A stretch of DNA of 34,908 nucleotides from Verrucomicrobiales bacterium (GTDB taxonomy: Bacteria; Verrucomicrobiota; Verrucomicrobiia; Verrucomicrobiales; V1-33). The stretch is taken from contig JANOAV010000183.1 in NCBI GenBank assembly GCA_031411295.1, positions 1 through 34,908 of the forward strand, given 5' to 3'. The notes beneath the pieces were generated by a model. It saw nothing but the letters and a program-made list of their open reading frames with translations. It had not been told where the DNA came from and made no database searches. Position numbers and translations under genes: made by a program. Within the stretch, counting starts at the first letter, position 1. Each line of letters starts with the position of its first letter. Shown here piece by piece: positions 27,120 to 34,908 of the stretch.

Positions 27120-28223
27120 ATGAACCGTCCCCTGACTTCTCTCCTGTTTCGATCGTTGCTCCTGCTCTGGGGCCTCGCCCTTCTAAACAGTTGCGATAAG
27201 CCGCCTGAGCTGCCCGCTGAGAGTTTTTTGCCCAGCAAAAAGCTCAAGGTTGTCACGTCTTCGGTGCAGTTGGCAGAGTTAGCCATTCAAGTGGGTGGGG
27301 ATGCCGTGACGGTGGAATGCCTCTCCGGTATGAAAACCAATTTCAAACCCGGTGAGGCCGGCTCAGATCTGCCCGCCTGGAGTCCCAATCCCTTCTCTTT
27401 GAACGTGCGCGCATCCGATGTGTTCTCCATGCAGACTGCTCACCTAGTGGTGTTAAATGGTCTCGGCGTGGAACGCAGCTTGGAGGCAGAACTTCCGCAG
27501 CTTCGCGAACGCGGGGTGTCCATCGTGGTCGTGGGCGATACCATTCCAGTAGAGGAACGGCTGCTGGACGAGAACGGAGCCGTGGCACCCTGCTACTGGA
27601 ATTCCCCTCGCATGTGGAAATATGCCATCCGTGCGGTTAGTGAGGGGTTGCAAAAATTGGTTAGAAAAGAGGCGGCAACTTATTTTGAATATCGCGCCCA
27701 CCCTTTGGAAGAGCGGATGAATCGACTCATGATTTGGGCAGAGGACAAACTGAAAAATAGCAAACCCAAAGGTCAACGTTTCCTCCTCACCAGTCACAAC
27801 ACCCTGGAATACTTTGCCCGGGATTTCGGGGCCGAGACCCGAGCCCTCTGGAATGTGACTGATGGCGCTTCCCTTATTAAAGACGACACGGAGTTCCTCG
27901 CGTGGCTGGAAAAGCACCGGGTGTCCGATTTACTGCTCGATACGAGCGCCCCGCGGGATGATCGACTGGTGGATATTTCCGCCAAGTTCCGGATTTTTGC
28001 GAGCCGCCCCACCTACACGATCTACCCCGACCGCCCGGGCACCAGGCAACTGGGGAAAATGGAAAGTTTCGATGTTGGCACCTACGAAGGAGCCTTCCAG
28101 CAGCTCATCAGAACCATGGAAAGCCGCCTGGGCGGATCCAGGGTCAAGGCCCCCACCGATGAACCACCCGCCGCGGCGGCTGAACGGAAATCCCCCACTC
28201 GGTTGGAAGCGCCGGTCAAATAA
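27120..28223 (+). CDS. ZnuA/TroA/MntA-family metal-binding lipoprotein
   Basis: Start reassigned to ATG 27120; lipobox LNS-C; LKVVTS, QVGGDAVTV, LVVLNGLGVE and LTSHNTLEYFA. Confidence 0.85.
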   Translation: MNRPLTSLLFRSLLLLWGLALLNSCDKPPELPAESFLPSKKLKVVTSSVQLAELAIQVGGDAVTVECLSGMKTNFKPGEAGSDLPAWSPNPFSLNVRASDVFSMQTAHLVVLNGLGVERSLEAELPQLRERGVSIVVVGDTIPVEERLLDENGAVAPCYWNSPRMWKYAIRAVSEGLQKLVRKEAATYFEYRAHPLEERMNRLMIWAEDKLKNSKPKGQRFLLTSHNTLEYFARDFGAETRALWNVTDGASLIKDDTEFLAWLEKHRVSDLLLDTSAPRDDRLVDISAKFRIFASRPTYTIYPDRPGTRQLGKMESFDVGTYEGAFQQLIRTMESRLGGSRVKAPTDEPPAAAAERKSPTRLEAPVK

Positions 28224-28290
28224 AGAATGTCGGTTTCACAGCATCTTGAAACTTGAATCTGCGCCACGGCGGCAGTAAAGGGAGCGGCTT

Positions 28291-29250
28291 ATGAGAATTC
28301 TAGTTACAGGTGGCGCGGGCTTTATTGGCTCCCATACCGTGGATCGGCTCCTTGCAGAAGGAGCGGACGTCACGGTCTTGGATGAATTTAACGATTACTA
28401 CGATCCCAGTATCAAACGGGCCAACGTAGCCGCGTTCAAGGGAAATGTGCGCGTGGTGGAGGGCGATATTCGTAACCGTGATGTCGTCAACGCTACTTTC
28501 CACGAAGGCAAGTTCGACACCGTAATCCATCTCGCTGCCCGGGCTGGCGTGCGGCCATCCATCGAGGATCCTGAACTCTATCTCAACACCAACATTTATG
28601 GCACCCACCATTTGCTGGAAGCCGCCAAGCAAACGAACGTCCCCCGCTTCCTTTTCGCCTCGAGTTCTTCCGTTTATGGGATCAACGAAAAGGTGCCTTT
28701 CAGCGAGACCGACCGCATCGAGCAAACCATCAGCCCGTATGCCATGACGAAAATGTGTGGCGAACAAATGTGCTCCAACTACACCAACCTTTACGATATC
28801 CGGACGGTCTGCCTGCGGTTCTTTACCGTTTACGGTCCCCGCCAGCGTCCCGATTTGGCGATTTCGAAATTTACCCGCCTCATCAACGAGGGTAAGCCCG
28901 TCCCCCGTTATGGTGACGGATCCACCGCCCGGGACTACACTTTTTGCCATGACATCGTGGATGGCATCATCGCGAGCATGAAATACGAAGGGGACAAATT
29001 CGATATTTTCAACCTTGGAGGATCCCAAACCACCACCCTCAGCGAACTCATCACCGCCGTGGAAACAGCCTTGGGCAAGCCTGCCATCATCGAGCACCTT
29101 CCCATGCAGCCGGGCGATGTGCCCCGCACCTTTGCCGATGTCAGCAAGGCCAAGCGACTGCTCGGTTACTCCCCGCACACGCCAATTCAGGTCGGCATTC
29201 CCCAATTCGTTGCTTGGTATCTGGAACATCAAGCTCGCGCCTCCGCGTAA
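28291..29250 (+). CDS. NAD-dependent epimerase, UDP-glucuronate 4-epimerase-like
   Basis: TGGAGFIG, HLAARAGVRPS, ASSSSVYG, YAMTK, LRFFTVYGPRQRPD and QPGDV. Confidence 0.92.
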   Translation: MRILVTGGAGFIGSHTVDRLLAEGADVTVLDEFNDYYDPSIKRANVAAFKGNVRVVEGDIRNRDVVNATFHEGKFDTVIHLAARAGVRPSIEDPELYLNTNIYGTHHLLEAAKQTNVPRFLFASSSSVYGINEKVPFSETDRIEQTISPYAMTKMCGEQMCSNYTNLYDIRTVCLRFFTVYGPRQRPDLAISKFTRLINEGKPVPRYGDGSTARDYTFCHDIVDGIIASMKYEGDKFDIFNLGGSQTTTLSELITAVETALGKPAIIEHLPMQPGDVPRTFADVSKAKRLLGYSPHTPIQVGIPQFVAWYLEHQARASA

Positions 29251-29297
29251 AGCCCGTAAATTGTTGCTCCCCGGCCGCTGCAATTCATAAAAAGAGG

Positions 29298-29326
29298 TTG
29301 CCCCCGATCAGGGAAACCCTTAATCT
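29298..29326 (+). promoter_or_regulatory. sigma70-like promoter
   Basis: TTGCCC, 17 nt spacer, TAATCT upstream of the PpiD-like gene. Confidence 0.5.
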
Positions 29327-29404
29327 CCGCGCTCCTTCCCTCTTCCTGCGGTCAGGAACAATTTTCCTTCAGCTATAATTATTTAACTCCCCCTACTTTT
29401 TGCC

Positions 29405-31042
29405 ATGCTCCAATTGATGCGTAAACACCACAAGGTGGCGATGATCGTCGTTGCCGCCATCGTCTGTATCACCATGGTCTATTTTGGCCAATCCAATCGC
29501 GATCACGCCGGCGGAGTCTATGACGTTACCATGGCGGGGAAACATTACGACGAAGTGGACCTCCGCACCGCCACCGCCATTCAGCAAATGGCCCAGGGTG
29601 CCTCCAGCTTCGGCAACGATGCTCCCACCAAGCTCATGGCTACCCTGATGAACCGTGGGGTGGCTCGCCAGTCCCGTGGGGGCGAAGCCGAGAACGCGCT
29701 CGCTAACTTGGTCACCATTCGTGAAGAATCGCGGAACCTGGGGATTGCCGTCTCTGACGAGGATGTCCAAAAGGCCGTCCAAGCCCTGCCCCGCATGCAG
29801 ACTGAGGGTAAGTTCGACCGCGCCAAGTTTGACCAAGTTGCGGGAAATGAAACCGCTCAGCGTTATTTCTATCAAATGATGAAAGACGCCTTGCTCGTGG
29901 ATAAACTGCAAAAGCTCGTCGGCGGTCCCATGCAGGCCACCGATTACGCCACCACGCTGGATTACAACGACGCTCACGCCAAGACCACCATTCAAACTGT
30001 CCTCATTCCCCGCAAGGAGCACGAAAGCATCAAAGCCACTGACGAGGACGCGCAGAAGTTCTATGATGCCAACAAAGAGAAGGACAAGGATCCCGTCAAA
30101 AATGTCAACCTCTTGGACCCAGTCCTCCGGTCCGAACCCACCCGCACCATCAACTACGTGAAGTTCAACAAGGTGAAGCGGGACGAGAAGCCAGAAGACC
30201 TTTCCAAGCTGCCTGCTGACCAACAGGAAGCCAAGCGCAAGGAACAGGAAGAGAAGAAAAAGGGCTGGGATGCCGAAGACAAAAAGATCATTTCCACTGC
30301 CATCGCCCTCAGTGATGCCATGGTCAATGAAACCGCCCCGCTCGGCCTCAAGGAAGCCGCAGCTACGCTCAAGGATAAACCAGATTTCGTCGTCATTGAA
30401 ATCAAGACTGCGGAAAAGGTGATCGCCAGCGCTCCCCCGGAAGACCTCAAGGAAGCAGCCGCGCAGATCGAGGAAATGATCGAGAGTGAGACCGGCAAAG
30501 GCGTCGTCAAGACTGCCAACGGCTACATCGTCTATGATGGCAGCGAACTGATTCCCAGCCGACTGCTCACGCTCGACGAAGCCAAGCCCAAGCTGTTGGA
30601 AAAATTGACCAAAGAAAAAATCGAAGCAGCCCTGCAGGACAAGGCCAGCGGCGTGCGCTCCAAGCTCCAGGAGGCCCTGGCTGCCAGCAAGCCATTTGCC
30701 GAGGCGCTCACCGCCGCCGGTGTAACCGCCACCAGCTACACCTACTCCCGCAGCAAGCCAGCCAAGGACGCCCCGCCCTACCTTGCCAGCCTGCAAAGCG
30801 CTGTCGTCAATCTTGAGACTGGCTCCCTGGCAGCCAATCCGCTTCCCGCTGGAGACGATCTTGCCGTCGTCTATCTGGAAAAAGTCGAACTCCCGCAAGA
30901 CCCCAAGATGGTCGATGACAAGAAATTGTTGAAGCGCACCTCCGGCTACACCAGTGAAGTCTTCCGCCCGACGCCAATCTTCACCACTTGGTTTGCCCAA
31001 CGTCGCGAAGCCATAGCTCCAAGCTTCGGAGCGGAGCAATAA
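29405..31042 (+). CDS. PpiD/SurA N-terminal-domain periplasmic chaperone
   Basis: MLQLMRKH plus TM helix; LGIAVSDEDV...MQTEGKFD signature; no clear parvulin HIL motif. Confidence 0.75.
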   Translation: MLQLMRKHHKVAMIVVAAIVCITMVYFGQSNRDHAGGVYDVTMAGKHYDEVDLRTATAIQQMAQGASSFGNDAPTKLMATLMNRGVARQSRGGEAENALANLVTIREESRNLGIAVSDEDVQKAVQALPRMQTEGKFDRAKFDQVAGNETAQRYFYQMMKDALLVDKLQKLVGGPMQATDYATTLDYNDAHAKTTIQTVLIPRKEHESIKATDEDAQKFYDANKEKDKDPVKNVNLLDPVLRSEPTRTINYVKFNKVKRDEKPEDLSKLPADQQEAKRKEQEEKKKGWDAEDKKIISTAIALSDAMVNETAPLGLKEAAATLKDKPDFVVIEIKTAEKVIASAPPEDLKEAAAQIEEMIESETGKGVVKTANGYIVYDGSELIPSRLLTLDEAKPKLLEKLTKEKIEAALQDKASGVRSKLQEALAASKPFAEALTAAGVTATSYTYSRSKPAKDAPPYLASLQSAVVNLETGSLAANPLPAGDDLAVVYLEKVELPQDPKMVDDKKLLKRTSGYTSEVFRPTPIFTTWFAQRREAIAPSFGAEQ

Positions 31043-31046
31043 TCCC

Positions 31047-31376
31047 GTGCCCACTGCCACCGAACTAATCGATGACGCCAGCGGAGATCTGGCTGTCGGT
31101 GATCTCGTAGCTGCCGCCGAGAAATATCGCCAAGCCACCGCCATAGAGCCGCAGAACTTCGATGCCTGGCACTCCCTGGGCATGACCCTCATGCGTGCAG
31201 GCGACTTGAAATCAGCCCTCGGTGCCGCCCTCATGGCCACAGATCTGGCCCCCAATGATCTCCTCGCTTGGACCGCACTCTCACAGATTCATGTGAAGCT
31301 CGGAAATATTGCCGAAGCCGAAGCTGCCAAGGCCAACGCCCGCATCCTCGGACTGGGTGGCAAAGTAGTGCGGTAA
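31047..31376 (+). CDS. Small TPR protein
   Basis: YRQATAIEPQNFDAWHSLG and ATDLAPNDLLAWTALS TPR motifs. Confidence 0.85.
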   Translation: MPTATELIDDASGDLAVGDLVAAAEKYRQATAIEPQNFDAWHSLGMTLMRAGDLKSALGAALMATDLAPNDLLAWTALSQIHVKLGNIAEAEAAKANARILGLGGKVVR

Positions 31377-31398
31377 TTCTCATTGTCTCCCCGCGTCC

Positions 31399-31732
31399 GC
31401 CCAAAGCCCCGGACTACGGTCCCTTAAAGTAGTCATCATCGCTCCGCGTGATGACCAGCGCGATTTCCTGTCCCGCCACCGCCACGAATCACCATACGCC
31501 AGCGTCCTTGCCATGCGCCGTTGATCCCAACGCCGTCCTGCGCTAGGTAGACTGGCTCCGAACTCGAATGCGCACGCTAACGCCTGCCGTCACGCGGAGC
31601 GATGACGGCTACTTTGCGAGCAGCTTTGTGGCGGGGCCAAGTCGGTGGTGCTGCTAGCCAAACCTCGGCAAAGCTGATACCACAAGGTTTTTGGCCCTAA
31701 GTAAGCGCCATTCGGCTAAAGCCCCTGACTAC
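31399..31732. repeat. Cluster of GTAG-type REP/REPIN elements
   Basis: 31426-31451 AAAGTAGTCATCATCGCTCCGCGTGA matches the reverse complement of 31590-31615 at 24/26. Direct copies GCCCAAAGCCCCGGACTAC (31399-31417) and GGCTAAAGCCCCTGACTAC (31714-31732). Confidence 0.75.
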
Positions 31733-31823
31733 TTCAAGCCACCTGGGAGTGGCGCGGCTCTGTCCGCCATTTTCAACCCCTCTTCGCCCGCGCTCGAATC
31801 CCCACAACAAGGCCAGCGCAGGC

Positions 31824-31860
31824 AAAAGCAAACCGCGCCTCGGAGGTCCGAGACGCGGTT
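31824..31860 (-). terminator. Rho-independent terminator after rplT
   Basis: Minus strand AACCGCGTCTCGGACCTCCGAGGCGCGGTT hairpin followed by TGCTTTT. Confidence 0.7.
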
Positions 31861-31892
31861 GGCAGTTAATCGTATTTAGAACGGTTCGGGCT

Positions 31893-32294
31893 CTAGGCTC
31901 CGGCAGCGTTTTTCTTGGCTGCGGCAGCTTTCGCTTTCGCTTCCAATGCGTGCTTGGCTTGGGCCACGAGTTCTTCCATTTGCTTGGGATCGGTGATCGC
32001 CATGTCAGACAGGATCTTGCGATCAAGTTGGACGTTGACGGCCTTCAGACCTTCCATGAAACGGGAGTAGCTCATTCCATAGCTGCGCGTGGCCGCATTG
32101 ATACGGGCAATCCACAGGTTACGGAACGTGCGCTTGCGGTTCTTACGGTCGCGATACGCCCATGTCTGCGCTTTGAAGAGCGCGTCTTTGGCGTAGCGGT
32201 ATAAGCGGGAACGATTCCCGCGGAAGCCTTTGGTTTTGAAGAGGACCCGGCGGCGGCGGTTGCGGCTGACGGGACCATTAGTAGCTCTGGGCAT
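31893..32294 (-). CDS. rplT: 50S ribosomal protein L20
   Basis: MPRA...KGFRG...AYRDRKNRKRTFRNLWIARINAA...LDRKILSDMA. Confidence 0.98.
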   Translation of the reverse strand: MPRATNGPVSRNRRRRVLFKTKGFRGNRSRLYRYAKDALFKAQTWAYRDRKNRKRTFRNLWIARINAATRSYGMSYSRFMEGLKAVNVQLDRKILSDMAITDPKQMEELVAQAKHALEAKAKAAAAKKNAAGA

Positions 32295-32432
32295 GGTATT
32301 TTCTAATTGAACGGGCTGTTATTAATTGCCTGCCAGCACTTCACCTGTTCGAAGGTTCCTCCAATGTGCGGAACCAGGTGCTGGTAGGTTGGCCAAGGGT
32401 GGCCGTTGCCTTCACGGGCAACTCAATCTCAC

Positions 32433-32648
32433 TTACGGTTGACCAAAAGGCATATTACGGAGGATGCGAGGAGCATCGACTTCGGCAACAAGTCCAACCT
32501 TGCGGAGATTTCTCTTCCGTTTACGGTTTTTACATTGTGCCAAGTGACGACGCCCTTGCTTACGACGCAATATCTTTCCGGTTCCAGTGATTTTGAATCG
32601 CTTGGTGACGGCTTTTCGTGTTTTGCTTCTTGCTACGGCTTTTCTCAT
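32433..32648 (-). CDS. rpmI: 50S ribosomal protein L35
   Basis: KTRKAVTKRFKITGTGK...RHL...KRKRNLR, upstream of rplT. Confidence 0.96.
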   Translation of the reverse strand: MRKAVARSKTRKAVTKRFKITGTGKILRRKQGRRHLAQCKNRKRKRNLRKVGLVAEVDAPRILRNMPFGQP

Positions 32649-32659
32649 AGAGGGGGCGG

Positions 32660-32687
32660 ACTCTAGGAGACTTTACCACGGGTGCAA
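32660..32687 (-). promoter_or_regulatory. sigma70-like promoter of rpmI-rplT
   Basis: Minus strand TTGCAC, 16 nt spacer, TAGAGT, 11 nt before the rpmI ATG. Confidence 0.6.
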
Positions 32688-32879
32688 GGAAGATTTTGGA
32701 GTTTTTGAATTTGGCGGGCCAAAATTTTGCTAATTTGTCCTGAATATCGGAGGGGGAGAAATAGAGCGGGGGAGTGGGAAAATTAGAAAATGAGGGGTTG
32801 GGATGGGTGAAAATCGGCTTTGCCCGTCGCCAGACTTCACTAATGATCCTCACTTTCTCATTCTCCTTTATTCACTCAC

Positions 32880-33542
32880 TCAACTGTCCAGCAGGATTCC
32901 CCATCCTCCCAGAAATTTCATCCTCCTCACTGGGAAGTTCTCACCGTAATTTTGCTTCGGGAAATAGTGAAATTGATCCATGTCGATCCCCAGGGTCGGC
33001 ACCGAGACGTGCAGCGTCCAAAGATTTTCCGCCAGTGCCTGATCACCTGCCCGATAGCCATAATCAGATTGAATCCCGATTGAGGGCTTCGGCACAGCTG
33101 GGAGGTATTGCGGCACCAATTCTGCCAAGGTGGCAGGCGCATGCCCCTCCTCGCTGGTAAATTTCTCCAGCGCTGCCACCAACGGGGCACTTTCCTTCAC
33201 GAATCGTTCGTAGCCCGCTTTTTGGAATTTCACCCCCGTGCTGATTCCAACCATGACCCCAAAAAGCATCAGCAGACAACTGCCGATCCATTTGATCCCC
33301 CAACGCCAAGCCTTCCGTCTCCATGTCAGCACCGGAACAACCACGATCCCAACCAGCGCAATCATCACCAAAAATATGTAAATAGTCACAGCCAGCAAAT
33401 CTGCCAGCCACCACCGGCTTCCATTCATCGCCATCCATTTGGCAAATCCCAGCAGCGGCCAGGCCAACACTGCCATGACCGTAAACATCCGGCAATCAGG
33501 ATTCGGGCCGCCCCAGGATTTGATTTTGTTCCAAATGCTCAT
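32880..33542 (-). CDS. Hypothetical membrane protein (three TM helices plus a pseudopilin-like soluble part)
   Basis: Hydrophobic helices then LVAALEKF...HAPATLAELVPQYL; promoter TTGTTC-17-TAGAAT 6 nt before the ATG. Confidence 0.7.
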   Translation of the reverse strand: MSIWNKIKSWGGPNPDCRMFTVMAVLAWPLLGFAKWMAMNGSRWWLADLLAVTIYIFLVMIALVGIVVVPVLTWRRKAWRWGIKWIGSCLLMLFGVMVGISTGVKFQKAGYERFVKESAPLVAALEKFTSEEGHAPATLAELVPQYLPAVPKPSIGIQSDYGYRAGDQALAENLWTLHVSVPTLGIDMDQFHYFPKQNYGENFPVRRMKFLGGWGILLDS

Positions 33543-33689
33543 GGCAGGATTCTAAACGAAACACCATCACCGAACAAGCAATGCCTGTAGAAATGTAGAA
33601 ATGCGGCAAACCATCCAAATAAAAAAAGGAACACGAATAGACCCTAACCTCACCCCAATTCATAAAGATGAAAATCCAGCATGCTTGGG

Positions 33690-33720
33690 TTAGTGTCCCG
33701 TTAGTGTTCATTAGTGTTCC
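33690..33720. repeat. Triple direct repeat TTAGTGTYC
   Basis: TTAGTGTCCC-G-TTAGTGTTCA-TTAGTGTTCC. Confidence 0.6.
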
Positions 33721-33793
33721 AAAGATATCTCATCCACGAGCAGTCCCCAGTTTTCACCCCTTGCCACGCGTGCATCCCATTCCATTTTAAACC

Positions 33794-34546
33794 ATGCTCT
33801 CCCCTGAACAACGTTTCTCTGATCGGGTCGAAAATTACGTGCGTTATCGTCCGCATTATCCCGCGGAAGTGATCTCGTGGCTTGCGCAACACGCGGGACT
33901 CACGGCCAACTCCAGCATTGCGGACATCGGTTCCGGCACCGGTATTTCCACAGAGTTATTTCTGAAGGCAGGCTGCAACGTCTGGGCCGTGGAACCAAAT
34001 CAGGAAATGCGCGGAGCAGCCGAAGCCGCGTTGAGCGCCAACGTGAATTTCCACAGCGTGGCAGGGTCCGCCCAAGCCACCACGCTGCCGGATCATTCGA
34101 TGGATTTCGTGGTGGCGGCACAGGCATTTCATTGGTTCAACACGGAAGCAACGCGCGGGGAGTTCACCAGCATCCTCAAGCCCAGCGGAAAGGTCATTTT
34201 GCTCTGGAACGAGCGCCTGTTGGACACAACGCCGTTTCTTCGTGATTACGAAACCCTGCTCAACGAGTTCGGCACGGACTACACCACGATTCGCCACGAG
34301 AATATCGATGCGGCAGCGCTGGCGAATTTCTTTATCGGACCATTTCGGTCCCAGCAGTTCGCCAATCGCCAGCACTTTGATCTCGCTGGACTCACGGGCC
34401 GCCTGCTCTCATGTTCCTACGCTCCGGCCCCCGGACATCCGCGCCACGGGGTCATGATGGCGGAATTGGAGAGGATTTTCACCCGTTATCAGCAGGATAG
34501 TCAGGTGCAAATTGACTACCGGACAGTGGTTTATGTGGGTGAGTAG
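33794..34546 (+). CDS. Class I SAM-dependent methyltransferase
   Basis: YVRYRPHYP, ADIGSGTG, AVEPN and AQAFHWF motifs. Confidence 0.92.
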   Translation: MLSPEQRFSDRVENYVRYRPHYPAEVISWLAQHAGLTANSSIADIGSGTGISTELFLKAGCNVWAVEPNQEMRGAAEAALSANVNFHSVAGSAQATTLPDHSMDFVVAAQAFHWFNTEATRGEFTSILKPSGKVILLWNERLLDTTPFLRDYETLLNEFGTDYTTIRHENIDAAALANFFIGPFRSQQFANRQHFDLAGLTGRLLSCSYAPAPGHPRHGVMMAELERIFTRYQQDSQVQIDYRTVVYVGE

Positions 34547-34771
34547 GAAATAAGCAGGCAAGCTGCATTCCCATGGCAGCCCGTGCCGTGCAACCATGGG
34601 CTGGAGGACACAACGCCGTTGGCGTAGAAATCCGCCCAATGCTAACCATAGGGCAAATTTTGCATTTTCCTCTCCGGCGGAATTTGTGCGGAAGAGTCAC
34701 GAAATGTTTGCTATGAGCGGTGTTTCACTCGTATATGCTTCGACCACTCAAGTGACTCGCTTGAGTTCTAA

Positions 34772-34908
34772 GAACCTGTCCGGTAATTTTGAAAAAGGGC
34801 CATAATGGGGTAGGGTAAGGAATGAGAAAAAGCTACCCGACAGATGTGAGTGACAAGGAATGGGCGTTACTGGAGCCACTATTTTGCCCACCAGGGGCGG
34901 CCCGCAAA
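34772..34908 (+). mobile_element. Left end of an IS5-family insertion sequence
   Basis: Candidate terminal IR GAACCTGTCCGGTAA after TAA (34769-34771), followed by a transposase start; exact end uncertain by 1-2 nt. Confidence 0.65.
34822..34908 (+). CDS. IS5-family transposase N-terminus (truncated by window)
   Basis: MRKSYPTDVSDKEWALLEPLFCPPGAARK matches the YPSDLTDxEWxxLxPL start of IS5/IS1031-type transposases. Confidence 0.8.
   Translation, partial: MRKSYPTDVSDKEWALLEPLFCPPGAARK

Noticed and set aside
28291..29250. Epimerase as PelX of the Pel locus
   Set aside because: Opposite strand, separated by three genes, and its motifs (AGVRPS, FFTVYGP..RPD) fit UDP-glucuronate epimerases better.
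28300..31255. Long antisense ORFs of 327 and 620 aa
   Set aside because: Mirror frames of well-supported plus-strand genes, expected from codon bias.
31380..31890. CRISPR array or tRNA in the repeat-rich gap
   Set aside because: Repeats are inverted or only two copies, with no regular spacers, no cas genes and no cloverleaf.

Overview
Bacterial chromosomal window, most likely Verrucomicrobiota (PVC superphylum). This is inferred from gene styles (PVC-type beta-propeller/cupredoxin fusion, OMP with an AG..SGKGK N-terminus, AxxW helical-repeat proteins), not from a database search. Left to right: (1) an accessory, partly AT-rich glycosylation-type island (1-6644) with a GT-A glycosyltransferase missing from the ORF track (1-642, minus strand), nested REP-like hairpins, a Tat-exported beta-rich protein whose likely true start lies out of frame across a G-rich tract that is also the spacer of an antisense promoter, a lipoprotein, a tandem GT25 enzyme, a second helical-repeat protein and a GT4; (2) purE and trxB; (3) a 1303-aa TIM-barrel/LamG/beta-propeller/type-1 copper protein, thrH, a large secreted beta-helix protein and an NHL-repeat protein; (4) a pelA-like gene followed by two TPR genes that look like a split PelB, with no pelC-G here; (5) an OMP, a stand-alone CHASE2 sensor, a ZnuA/TroA-type lipoprotein with altered metal ligands, a UDP-sugar epimerase, a PpiD/SurA-like chaperone and a TPR protein; (6) a REP cluster, rpmI-rplT with a structured spacer, a membrane protein, a SAM methyltransferase and the left end of an IS5-family element. 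Best candidates for new biology are the switchable Tat-protein/glycosyltransferase island and the atypical Pel locus. All family calls come from motif reading by eye.
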